Positions 8,999 through 17,496 of a DNA stretch of 24,000 nt are shown one piece after another (the stretch's first letter is position 1; each line of letters begins with the position of its first letter). Source of the DNA: Marinicellulosiphila megalodicopiae (GTDB lineage Bacteria > Pseudomonadota > Gammaproteobacteria > Pseudomonadales > Natronospirillaceae); contig NZ_AP023087.1 in the NCBI RefSeq assembly GCF_045862395.1, positions 1,487,404 to 1,511,403 of the forward strand, given 5' to 3'. The translations under genes and the position numbers were made by a program. The notes beneath the pieces are model-generated. The model made no database searches and had not been told where the DNA came from. It saw only the letters and a program-made list of their open reading frames with translations.

Positions 8999-9370
8999 TT
9001 AACTGGCTTTAGGATCTTGTTCAATATTTAATAATTTTCTAATTCTAGATTCATCAAATCCTTTAATCACTTGATTGCCAATAATGATTAACGGCGTGCC
9101 ACGACCTTCAAGTTTTACAAACGTATTATAAGCTTCTTTGTTAGATGATATGTCGTATTCAAAATACGCAATAACATTTTGACTTAAAAGTTTGCGGGTT
9201 TTTTTACAATAATGACACTGAGGCGTCCCATAAATAATGACTTTTGCTTGTTCAATAGAATGCACTTGCGTTGATTCGTAGCTTGATGTGGTTGCAGCTA
9301 CAGCAATAAACGCTATCAGTCCAAGCAACAAAATAAAAAACATGGCATAAATTGTTTTTGTAGGGTTCAT
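8999..9370 (-). CDS. Membrane-anchored glutaredoxin/thioredoxin-fold protein (CxxC = CHYC)
   Basis: The 123-aa product has an N-terminal TM or signal anchor (IYAMFFILLLGLIAFIAVAA). The block IIYGTPQCHYCKKTRKLL follows, and later GTPLIIIGNQVIKGFD, which is the classic Grx fold pattern including a cis-Pro-like TP. Confidence 0.7.
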   Translation of the reverse strand: MNPTKTIYAMFFILLLGLIAFIAVAATTSSYESTQVHSIEQAKVIIYGTPQCHYCKKTRKLLSQNVIAYFEYDISSNKEAYNTFVKLEGRGTPLIIIGNQVIKGFDESRIRKLLNIEQDPKAS

Positions 9371-9453
9371 AAGTTATTCCAATAAAATTAAAAATATAAA
9401 ACTATAGAGTTAAAAAGAGCCATTTAGTTACAATTGTTTGTAAATAAAAACTA

Positions 9454-10200
9454 TTATTCAAAAAAATGTAAATCGGTGAATTCTGTAATGCAAAAATCCG
9501 GCTGGCAATGTTTTTCATCACCTACGTGATACTTTCCTGATTGAACTAAGGCAGTTTTAAAGTTAACTGCTTTTGCACCTTGTATATCAGTTTGATAATC
9601 ATCGCCTATTACCAATATTTCTAGATCTTGATTTTTAAATGAGTGGCTTGCATTTATAAAATAATCAGTCGATGGTTTACCAATCACGTCAATTGTTGTT
9701 TGAGTGATCGATTCAATCAACGCGACAAAGGCACCAGTATCAATTTGTTTATGACTGTTTTTTAAATAAAATAAAGAACGCGACGCAGTTATGATCGGTA
9801 TGCCTTTTTGCGCAAAGTCGATGATGTTTTGTAATGTACAATAGCCTGCGTCGTTTTTTTCAAAATCTAATAAAATGATGATTTCTGGACAGATTGAATT
9901 ATGCTCACAGTGAATTTGCTGCACTTCTAATGTTGACCCAATGATTAATCCAGTTTTAATGCGTTGAGTAGCTAAATAAATATTAATGGCATCGATCGGT
10001 GAATAAAGTTGATTGGCAGTTATATTAATACCTATGGCATTTAATCTATTAATTTGGGACGGTTTATCAATAATGGAATTGGTCGCCAACAAAAAATCAT
10101 AATGTTGATTTTGTAATTGTTGAATAAATGCGACACTATTATTAATGGGTTGATCATTTTGAACAATGGTCCCATCAATATCAATAATGAAATTGTACAT
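9454..10200 (-). CDS. HAD-superfamily hydrolase, subfamily IIA (NagD-like phosphatase)
   Basis: The 248-aa product has HAD motif I (IIDIDGT), motif II (LLATNS) and motifs III/IV (GKP...VIGDDYQTDIQGA). The RBS AAGGA lies 6 nt upstream of the ATG on the minus strand. Confidence 0.75.
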   Translation of the reverse strand: MYNFIIDIDGTIVQNDQPINNSVAFIQQLQNQHYDFLLATNSIIDKPSQINRLNAIGINITANQLYSPIDAINIYLATQRIKTGLIIGSTLEVQQIHCEHNSICPEIIILLDFEKNDAGYCTLQNIIDFAQKGIPIITASRSLFYLKNSHKQIDTGAFVALIESITQTTIDVIGKPSTDYFINASHSFKNQDLEILVIGDDYQTDIQGAKAVNFKTALVQSGKYHVGDEKHCQPDFCITEFTDLHFFE

Positions 10201-10217
10201 ACAAAATCCTTAGGTTT

Positions 10218-10253
10218 AGAAAAACAGGTCTTTTAAGGCAAGCTAAAAAGACC
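10218..10253 (-). terminator. Candidate rho-independent terminator after the acidic-protein gene
   Basis: The minus strand reads GGTCTTTT-tagcttgcctt-AAAAGACC-TGTTTTTCT. This gives an 8-bp stem (plus-strand 10227-10234 with 10246-10253), an 11-nt loop and a T-rich tail. The large loop lowers my confidence. Confidence 0.45.
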
Positions 10254-10267
10254 CATCATCGGGTTAT

Positions 10268-10756
10268 TTATGCTTCGTCGTCGTCTTCTTCATCGCCTTC
10301 AAACATATCAAAAAATACACCTGCAATATCTTGCGGCATAACTTCTAACCAGCGAGGCATGACCTCTTCGTAACTTTTACCATCTTCATCTTCAAAATCT
10401 ACTAAGTCACGAAAGGTTTTAGAATGATCATTAATGGCGAAATACTCTTGATATCCTTCTTCGTGTTCGATTAATGCGTAGATCTCAATGCCTTTACCTA
10501 ATTCTACGATTTTATTTAATAACTCAATCCAATTTGTACCCATCGTATCAATAAACAAATATTCATCTATAGACTCTAAGCCCTCTTGCTCAAATTGTTG
10601 GGAAGTAAAACTTTCAATGATTGCTTCGTCTTGAATGTTCGCGTGTTTAAGTAGTTTTTTGATCAAATCAGCAGCAATGATTTGCTTGCTTTTTAATAAA
10701 TTACTATGAAGGATTAATGGAAGTTTTACTGCAATTGAGCCAAATGCTTCAGCCAT
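10268..10756 (-). CDS. Hypothetical highly acidic cytoplasmic protein (162 aa) with poly-acidic C-terminal tail
   Basis: The ORF is clean, with no signal peptide or TM segment. It ends in FEGDEEDDDEA. I recognise no family. Confidence 0.6.
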   Translation of the reverse strand: MAEAFGSIAVKLPLILHSNLLKSKQIIAADLIKKLLKHANIQDEAIIESFTSQQFEQEGLESIDEYLFIDTMGTNWIELLNKIVELGKGIEIYALIEHEEGYQEYFAINDHSKTFRDLVDFEDEDGKSYEEVMPRWLEVMPQDIAGVFFDMFEGDEEDDDEA

Positions 10757-10956
10757 GATGGTATCTCGTTATATTAGTAGTATGAAAAATGCCATATTAT
10801 CACATTAGATTCAAAGGTATGAATGTTGTTTTATAAGGATAAACGCTCAAACGGCTTAACATGTATTATTTGATGTTCTAACATTTTTCATATTGAATGC
10901 ACTAAACCTAGGCTTTATATTGACTGTCATTATGAAAATATTAAGTGAATCGTAAA

Positions 10957-12081
10957 ATGTATGAATGTTTTAGAAAATTACCTCTATTAGTTATTGGGTT
11001 GACATCAATTACATCATTTGGCTTTGCATTTGATAGTGAGGCTGAATCTTTATCAAATCAACACCATAACAATCAAGAAACGCCAATAAAAATATCTGGC
11101 TCAATATCATTTGATGGGTCTTTATTAACCAGTCAAATGGCCAGCGAAAATTTAACTCAGGATTTGTATTTAAGAAAACTAAAATTAGGCTTTGAAAAAG
11201 AATTTATTGAAAATTGGATGGTAGAGCTAACGCTAGATTTAGAAGAAGATGCCGATGTGAAATTGGACGATTATGCCATAAGTTATGGCGCAATAAACGA
11301 TTTAGATATTGCAGTAGGGGTCGTTGATATTGAATTAGGGTTACAAAATAGCACAAGCAGTAAAGTGTCCAGTACATTGGAAAAAGATCTAGGTACCAAT
11401 GCGTTAATTCCCAAAGGAAAATTTGGGCTAGCACTTCAGTGGCATCAAAAACACTATTCGGCTTTTTTTAATATGTTTGAGTCCAACCGTGATTTTAATA
11501 CGGGAAATAATACATATGGGCTTTCGGCAAAATTGAATTATGTATTTTCCAAAGATTATCATTTTGGGGTGAATGTCGCGTTAGTGGATTATGGCAGCCA
11601 GCTTTTTGAGATTAATGCAAAACCTGAATTAAATCTAGCTGATGATTTGATTCAAAGTGATGCCTTTAGAGCGCGTTCATTACGCTTTTTTGCATTAGAA
11701 TACGCACAACGATATAACCAATTAAATCTACAATCTGAAGTTATGTGGTTATTTGTAACAGCGGATCAAGAATTTAATCCAGTCAATCCTAATTCCAGTC
11801 ATTCAAGTGCGTATTTACAAGCTAGTTATTTTGTAAAAGGCGATGCCAATAAATTCAAAAAAGGAAATTATGCAAAGCGATCAGATACCCAGCATGCTTT
11901 AGAGTTAGTCACACGATTAAGTGGTTTGTATTTGCAAAATGAATCGATCACTGAGTCTATGGTGAATGTATTGATTGGCGTAAATTATTATGTAAATGAT
12001 GATATTAAGTTAATGGGTAATATGGTGATTGTAAAAGATTATGGGCCAGGTTTTGCTGCACGAGCGCAAATCGCGTTTTAA
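10957..12081 (+). CDS. Outer-membrane porin, phosphate-selective porin O/P (OprO/OprP)-like
   Basis: The ORF track starts at the GTG at 10945. I prefer the in-frame ATG at 10957 (MYECFRKLPLLVIGLTSITSFGFA, signal-peptide-like). The block YLRKLKLGFEKEF..NWMVELTLDL....VKLDDYAISY resembles the conserved RRxRLG..G......W..........L.DAY block of Porin_O_P. The C-terminus ARAQIAF ends in the OMP-typical Phe. The family assignment is unverified. Confidence 0.6.
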   Translation: MYECFRKLPLLVIGLTSITSFGFAFDSEAESLSNQHHNNQETPIKISGSISFDGSLLTSQMASENLTQDLYLRKLKLGFEKEFIENWMVELTLDLEEDADVKLDDYAISYGAINDLDIAVGVVDIELGLQNSTSSKVSSTLEKDLGTNALIPKGKFGLALQWHQKHYSAFFNMFESNRDFNTGNNTYGLSAKLNYVFSKDYHFGVNVALVDYGSQLFEINAKPELNLADDLIQSDAFRARSLRFFALEYAQRYNQLNLQSEVMWLFVTADQEFNPVNPNSSHSSAYLQASYFVKGDANKFKKGNYAKRSDTQHALELVTRLSGLYLQNESITESMVNVLIGVNYYVNDDIKLMGNMVIVKDYGPGFAARAQIAF

Positions 12082-12211
12082 GTCAAGATGACAGCTAAAT
12101 GTTTATTGATCAAACATTCGGTTTCTTAATAAAACGGTTAATGTTATCGTGAAAAAAACGCCTAGGTATTATACTTAGGATTATGTCCATTTAATTATAT
12201 AGAATTGAATT

Positions 12212-13243
12212 ATGCTTATAGATTGGTTAGATAATATTTTTCAACATTTCCCGACACTAATACAACTGAGTGTATTTGTAGGCAGTATATTTTTTGTTAA
12301 ATGGTGGATGCTAGGATCACGTTTGCAACTGGGAGCTGAAGCAAAACTTCCTCGTCAGGTTTTATTTTTCTTTATTAGTATCGTTATTTTTGTTGGTTTG
12401 ATTTTAGTGCTGAATGTACCAGAATCCATCAAAGGGCAAATATTAAGTTTATTAGGGATTTTATTGACTGCTGTGATTGCATTGTCTTCTACAACATTTG
12501 TGGCAAATGCAATGAGTGGCCTGTTATTAAGAATGATCAACAGTTTTAAGCCTGGTGATTTTATTAAAGTGCAAGGGCAGTTTGGTCGAGTCACACAACG
12601 AGGGTTATTTCACTGTGAAATTCAAACAGAAGATCGAGATTTAACTACAATTCCTAATTTATATTTAATGACGAATAACGTCAGTGTAATTCACAAATCT
12701 GGTACGATTGTGTCAGTGAGTTTGTCATTAGGTTATGAATATCATCATCAAATTATTGAACCATTATTATTGAAAAGTGCACAGGACACCCAATTAACTG
12801 ATCCATTTGTGATGGTGACTGAGCTGTCGGATTTTTCTGTTTCTTATAAAGTTGCGGGTTTTTTAGAAGATGTTACTAAAAATTTAACAGTTCGTTCAAA
12901 ATTACGTAAAAACATTTTGACAGTTTTGCATTCAAATAATATTGAAATTGTCTCTCCAAATTTCGTTAATCAACGAGTGTATGATTTGGCGGCACAATTT
13001 ATTCCTAAAGCTCAGCCTACAATGAATCAAGTGTTAAAAAATGAATCCATAGCAGAAGATATTATGTTTGATAAAGGCCAATTAGCTGATGAAATTGAAC
13101 AATTAACTTATGAAAACTCTATCGATCAAGCCCATATGATGCTTTTACTTACATCTGTTGAAAATCTAGAGGATGAAACAATTAAAGATCAACTTTTGAA
13201 AAAAGTAGAATCATTAAAAGAGTCTAAAGACGCTCAGTCATAG
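12212..13243 (+). CDS. Mechanosensitive ion channel family protein (MscS-like)
   Basis: The 343-aa product has three N-terminal TM helices. These are followed by the MscS signature region PGDFIKVQGQFGRVTQRGLFHCEIQTEDRDLTTIPNLYLMTNNV and a C-terminal acidic coiled tail. Confidence 0.85.
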   Translation: MLIDWLDNIFQHFPTLIQLSVFVGSIFFVKWWMLGSRLQLGAEAKLPRQVLFFFISIVIFVGLILVLNVPESIKGQILSLLGILLTAVIALSSTTFVANAMSGLLLRMINSFKPGDFIKVQGQFGRVTQRGLFHCEIQTEDRDLTTIPNLYLMTNNVSVIHKSGTIVSVSLSLGYEYHHQIIEPLLLKSAQDTQLTDPFVMVTELSDFSVSYKVAGFLEDVTKNLTVRSKLRKNILTVLHSNNIEIVSPNFVNQRVYDLAAQFIPKAQPTMNQVLKNESIAEDIMFDKGQLADEIEQLTYENSIDQAHMMLLLTSVENLEDETIKDQLLKKVESLKESKDAQS

Positions 13244-13317
13244 AGCAGGGCGAAATACTTAATACCGCATAAGGAAAATGCAATATAAATCAATAAATAC
13301 AAAACTGTGTAAATAAT

Positions 13318-13346
13318 TTGACATTTTTTTGTAACAAAGCTTAATA
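13318..13346 (+). promoter_or_regulatory. Candidate sigma70-type promoter for the 13379-17937 operon
   Basis: TTGACA (13318-13323) is followed by a 17-nt spacer and TTAATA (13341-13346), about 33 nt upstream of the ATG. The -10 element is weak. This is a pattern match only, in AT-rich DNA. Confidence 0.25.
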
Positions 13347-13378
13347 AGGTGAATCTTATAGTCAACTATTAAAGATGT

Positions 13379-14470
13379 ATGACTATGAATTCACCATTTA
13401 TCTCACCTGGAATGCCACCACTAGATCAAAAAGGTAAGCAAACTTCATTTTTTGAATTTTGGCCAATGTGGCTGATGTACCTGCCTGTTTTTTTTATGTG
13501 GATTATTTGGGCCATTCGATATCGTTCATTAACTTTACCTTTAATTGCCAATCCAAAAATTAATTTATCTGGAATGGTCGGTACTCCAAAAAGCGACATA
13601 TTTAATATGGCGGGTGAATTTGCAAAATCGTCCATTCTGGATTGGTTTGTGGTTCATCAATCTAAGTATTCATATCAACAGATCGTTACTCAAATGCAAC
13701 ATAAAGGTTTTTCATTTCCGATTGTGGTTAAGCCAGATATTGGCTGTCGTGGAACCGGAGTGAAATTGATTAAAACCGAGCAAGAATTAAAAACAGTTTT
13801 AACTACTTACAGCGAAGATTCACCGATAATGGTACAGAAATTGTCGGATTTTGAAGCAGAAGTAGGTTTGTTTTATGTGAAATTGCCTGGGCAAAAAACG
13901 GGCACCATTCAAAGTATGGCATTTAAATATAGCCCTTATGTGGTGGGTGATGGCACTTCAACGCTTGGAGAGTTATTGCAAAAAGATGATCGTGCAAAAG
14001 ATCTTTTGGATATTTATCAAAACAGTTGCGATTTTGATTTGGTGTTAAAACCTGAAGAACCGCATAAACTGGTTTTTTCTGCTAGTCATTGTCGCGGTGC
14101 AATTTTCAGAGACGGTATTGAATTTAATACTCCAGAGCTTGAAGCGCAACTAGATAAAATTATGTCGGATATTCCCGATTTCAATTACGGTCGATTAGAT
14201 GTGAAATTTAAAGATTTAATGTCTTTGCAAAAAGGTCAGACATTGCAAATTGTCGAAATTAATGGTGCAGCGTCAGAGTCGCTTCATATTTGGGATCGTA
14301 ATGCGAATTTAAATCAAGCATTTTGTGCGTTGTTATGGCAATACAAAACATTATTTTTATTGGGTAAACAGGCTCGCGAAAAAGGAGTTAAGACGCCAGG
14401 AATAAAAGCGTTAATCAAAGCATGGTTACACGAACGAAGTTTAGTTAAATTTTATCCAGTTAACGATTGA
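13379..14470 (+). CDS. Membrane-anchored ATP-grasp domain protein (carboxylate-amine ligase-like)
   Basis: The 363-aa product has an N-terminal TM helix (FFEFWPMWLMYLPVFFMWIIWAI). It then has an ATP-grasp-like layout: FPIVVKPDIGCRGTGVKLI (the K-containing beta strand plus Gly-rich loop), IMVQKL, and a C-terminal RLDVKF....LQIVEINGAASE block that resembles the Mg/ATP-binding E-x-N motif. Confidence 0.7.
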   Translation: MTMNSPFISPGMPPLDQKGKQTSFFEFWPMWLMYLPVFFMWIIWAIRYRSLTLPLIANPKINLSGMVGTPKSDIFNMAGEFAKSSILDWFVVHQSKYSYQQIVTQMQHKGFSFPIVVKPDIGCRGTGVKLIKTEQELKTVLTTYSEDSPIMVQKLSDFEAEVGLFYVKLPGQKTGTIQSMAFKYSPYVVGDGTSTLGELLQKDDRAKDLLDIYQNSCDFDLVLKPEEPHKLVFSASHCRGAIFRDGIEFNTPELEAQLDKIMSDIPDFNYGRLDVKFKDLMSLQKGQTLQIVEINGAASESLHIWDRNANLNQAFCALLWQYKTLFLLGKQAREKGVKTPGIKALIKAWLHERSLVKFYPVND

Positions 14471-14477
14471 GAATGAT

Positions 14478-16229
14478 ATGTCAGTAAATAACCCATTTAG
14501 AATTCCGTTAAAAAATAATTTAGTGGCGAAATCATTAGAGATGATTTTAGGTTTAAAGCCGTTGGCGCAGCATTATGATCTTCGTCCACAAAACCTAGAT
14601 GCAACTGCATTTTTAGCATATACCCAAGACGCATTAGGTTTAGAAAGTTGCAGAATTAATTTTGAAGAAAATCTGAAAAAAATTCCAAAAGACGGACCGT
14701 TAATTATTGTGGCAAATCATCCTTTAGGTGGATTAGAAGGCGTAGTATTAAGTCAATTATTACTTAAATATCGTCCAGATTTAAAAGTATTAACGAATAA
14801 ATTACTGACACACATTCCTGAATTTAAAGAATTATTCATAGGTGTAAATGTACTTGCCAAGGACGCAAAGGCTGAAAATTTTAAAGGCATTAAAACGTCA
14901 AGTAAGCACTTATCTAACGGTGGTGCGTTGTTGATTTTTCCTGCGGGAAAAGTCTCGTCGTTAAATATTAAAAAATTGCGCATTGAAGATATAGCATGGA
15001 ATCGACAAGTGGGACTTTGGGCAAAAAAATACGAATCTAATGTATTGCCAATTCGAATTAATGGCTTAAATAGTTTTAAATTTTATCTATCGGGTTTAAT
15101 TCATCCACGTTTACGAACCTTATTATTGCCTCGTGAATTTGTAAATAAACGCGGTAAACACATTGATATCTCAATTGGTAATATCATTGAACCAAAAGAA
15201 ATTAAAGGTTTAAGTGATGCCCAAGCCCTCACAAATTACTTTCGGTTGTGTACAGATTTATTAAAAGACAATACTTCAAAAAAAGGCATCATCCCTGAAG
15301 GGCAAAATCATTTGCCTATCTCCAAACCACCAGAACGAGATATATTAGACTGTGCAGTGAATCAATTATCAGAATATAGGTTAATAAAGTTTAAACATTA
15401 TTCAGTTTATTGTGTGCCAGGTAGTGAAATTGGTGTCATCAGAAATGAATTGGCATTTGCAAGAGAGCTCACATTTCGCACCGCCAATGAAGGAACAGGG
15501 CAGCTTGAAGATTGGGATGAATATAATGAATATTATCTTCAGTTGTTTGTTTATGACCATACCAACAAAAAATTAGCAGGTGCTTACCGTATGGCTGAAA
15601 CATTTAAAGTGTTAGACAGTCATGGTGTGAAAGGGTTGTACAGCAATAAAATGTATAACTACGATGAAAAATTATTACGTGACATTGGCCCTGCTTTAGA
15701 AGTTGGTCGCTCGTTTGTTCACCCAGATTACCAAAAAAGAACCGCTGTTTTAGATTTATTATGGAAAGGCATAGGTACCTATGTTGCTCTAAATAATCAG
15801 ATTACTACGGTATTTGGTGGTGTAAGTATCTCTCAAGAATATTCAGAACAAGCCCGTGTGTTTATTGCAGATTCTATGCTGTCGAGTTTTAAATTCGATC
15901 GAGTAATTTTTAATGTAGCGCCTAAAATTCCTTTGAAAGTAAAAAGTAAATTATGGAGCTCTGAGCACCTTTATAGTATTGGTAATGTGCCGTTATTTAA
16001 TAAATTATTAGGTCAGTTTGAGCAGGGAAAAGTGATTCCTATTTTGATCCGACATTATTTAGCGCTCAACGGAAAGTTTGTTTGCTTTTCAGTGAATCAA
16101 GATCTAAATGAATCATTAGATGGTTTGATTTTGGTTGATTTTGCGACCATGCCGGCTAAGTATTTAAAACGATATTTAGGTGAGCAAGGCTCAATAGAAT
16201 ATAAAAGAAAGTGGAGTATTAATGATTGA
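14478..16229 (+). CDS. Two-domain lipid acyltransferase, OlsF-like (N-terminal PlsC/lysophospholipid-acyltransferase-like domain plus C-terminal OlsB-like GNAT N-acyltransferase domain)
   Basis: The 583-aa product starts 7 nt after the ATP-grasp stop. The N-terminal half has PLIIVANHPLGGLEG and LLIFPAGKVS, which are acyltransferase motif I-like and III-like blocks. The C-terminal half has RELTFRTANEGTG..EDWDEYNEYYLQLFVYDHTNKKLAGAYRM and VGRSFVHPDYQ, typical of OlsB/Acetyltransf_5-type acyl-ACP-dependent N-acyltransferases. The domain order and size match the bifunctional OlsF described for ornithine-lipid synthesis. Confidence 0.75.
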   Translation: MSVNNPFRIPLKNNLVAKSLEMILGLKPLAQHYDLRPQNLDATAFLAYTQDALGLESCRINFEENLKKIPKDGPLIIVANHPLGGLEGVVLSQLLLKYRPDLKVLTNKLLTHIPEFKELFIGVNVLAKDAKAENFKGIKTSSKHLSNGGALLIFPAGKVSSLNIKKLRIEDIAWNRQVGLWAKKYESNVLPIRINGLNSFKFYLSGLIHPRLRTLLLPREFVNKRGKHIDISIGNIIEPKEIKGLSDAQALTNYFRLCTDLLKDNTSKKGIIPEGQNHLPISKPPERDILDCAVNQLSEYRLIKFKHYSVYCVPGSEIGVIRNELAFARELTFRTANEGTGQLEDWDEYNEYYLQLFVYDHTNKKLAGAYRMAETFKVLDSHGVKGLYSNKMYNYDEKLLRDIGPALEVGRSFVHPDYQKRTAVLDLLWKGIGTYVALNNQITTVFGGVSISQEYSEQARVFIADSMLSSFKFDRVIFNVAPKIPLKVKSKLWSSEHLYSIGNVPLFNKLLGQFEQGKVIPILIRHYLALNGKFVCFSVNQDLNESLDGLILVDFATMPAKYLKRYLGEQGSIEYKRKWSIND

Positions 16230-16731
16230 TTTAGTAAGAGCGAGCGTAGAAACAATACAGGAACTCGAATATATTTTAAATAATTTAGACGAGCAAACCT
16301 ACGGGGAAATTGGCACTAAAACCAGTTTTAGCGTGGGTCGTCATCTGCGTCATATCGTTGGATTTTACATTGCACTGCAAAAAAGCAATCAAGATGGTGT
16401 GGCGGATTATACCGTTCGCCAACGAAATAACGTGATCGAAACCGATCTTAGTATTGCAAAAGAACAGGTTGAATCTATTAAAAACTGGTTGCCTACACTT
16501 GAAAAAGACAAGTCTATTCAAGTTAAAACTGAGATTCAACAATCGCAAACAGTAGACTTAACAATTACATCTTCATTAATTCGTGAACTTGCATATATTA
16601 GCGAACACAGTATTCATCACATGGCCTACATTAACTTAATGCTCAAAACCATGGGTATTAATTTAGAAAAAGAAGTGGGCGTCGCTCCAAGTACGGCAAG
16701 TTATCTAAGAAATCAAAAGGCAAATGCATAA
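16222..16731 (+). CDS. DinB-superfamily (four-helix-bundle, metal-dependent) protein
   Basis: The 169-aa ORF starts inside ATGATTGA, overlapping the upstream stop by 8 nt. GGAG lies 5 nt upstream. His-containing helices (GRHLRHIVGFY and EHSIHHMAYI) are spaced as in the DinB-like His triad. Confidence 0.6.
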   Translation: MIDLVRASVETIQELEYILNNLDEQTYGEIGTKTSFSVGRHLRHIVGFYIALQKSNQDGVADYTVRQRNNVIETDLSIAKEQVESIKNWLPTLEKDKSIQVKTEIQQSQTVDLTITSSLIRELAYISEHSIHHMAYINLMLKTMGINLEKEVGVAPSTASYLRNQKANA

Positions 16732-17468
16732 TGTGTACAGTTAGCGCATTTTACGATCAAAGTGGCTTAGTGGTTACAATGAATCGGGACGAGCAGCGCA
16801 CAAGACATGAAGCTTTGCCTATAGTTAGTCAAACTATGTTATATCCGGTAGATGAAAAACAAGGTGGCACCTGGATGGGTGGCAATCACAATCAAGTCAT
16901 TATGTGTTTGTTAAATTTATATGAGCACGAGTATTTTGTTGGAGAACAATCAAGAGGTAACATCATCCCTGAATTATTGGAATTAAAATCCTTTGATGCT
17001 ATTACTGTTTTTTTGCAATCTCAGTTTGACCCATATTTATATTCTGCTTTTTCACTGTTAACATTTTATAAAAACCAAGTATTTAAAAGCAAATGGGATG
17101 GCATAAGTTTTACTCATGAATTAAGTAACTTAGATCCTTGGTATTTTTTTACATCTTCAGGGTTAGATTCACTGAATGTACAGTCAGGTCGGCATATACT
17201 GTTTGATCAATACAAAACAAAAGGGGCGGACTTTAAACAAGCGAGCAAACCCACATCAATACCCAGTATTCACTTAACCTATGTTAAAGGCAATGAAACC
17301 CAAAGCTGTTTTGTGCAACGTTTAAAAGTGCATACCAAAAGTATTTGTCAGTACTATGCTGATGAAAAGACTATTAAGTTTCATTATTACCCTGAAAATT
17401 TAATAGTTGAATATATTAATAATCCAACCATCAATCCAAGTTTATCAAAGGTGTTTTTCTTGGAATAA
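16731..17468 (+). CDS. NRDE / TANGO2-family protein
   Basis: The 245-aa ORF starts in TAATG, a 1-nt overlap with the DinB-like stop. It begins MCTVSAFY...VVTMNRDE, which gives both the conserved Met-Cys N-terminus and the literal NRDE motif that name the family. Human TANGO2 begins MCIIFF...ANRDE. Confidence 0.8.
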   Translation: MCTVSAFYDQSGLVVTMNRDEQRTRHEALPIVSQTMLYPVDEKQGGTWMGGNHNQVIMCLLNLYEHEYFVGEQSRGNIIPELLELKSFDAITVFLQSQFDPYLYSAFSLLTFYKNQVFKSKWDGISFTHELSNLDPWYFFTSSGLDSLNVQSGRHILFDQYKTKGADFKQASKPTSIPSIHLTYVKGNETQSCFVQRLKVHTKSICQYYADEKTIKFHYYPENLIVEYINNPTINPSLSKVFFLE

Positions 17469-17496
17469 CATTCTGCTAAATCAAAAGAGAGTCATT

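Noticed and set aside
10924-10930. Perfect Pho-box half-site CTGTCAT upstream of the porin gene
   Set aside because: Only one 7-mer is present, and the expected second half-site 11 nt downstream reads AAAATAT. It lies only 15-27 nt from the candidate start codons, leaving no room for a -10 element plus leader.
11204-12594. Minus-strand ORFs 11204..11434 and 12355..12594
   Set aside because: They are antisense to the porin and MscS CDSs respectively. Neither has an RBS or a recognisable family.
13426-13763. ORFs 13426..13635(-) and 13545..13763(+) overlapping the ATP-grasp gene
   Set aside because: Both are nested in, or out of frame with, the 363-aa ATP-grasp CDS, which has coherent domain motifs. 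The products look random.
14753-16548. Minus-strand ORFs 14753..14983 and 16285..16548
   Set aside because: They are antisense to the OlsF-like and DinB-like CDSs, so they are shadow ORFs.
17407-17496. 30-codon N-terminal extension of the YHS protein in the ORF track
   Set aside because: It overlaps the NRDE gene by 62 nt. The internal ATG at 17497 has an RBS and opens directly onto a textbook signal peptide.
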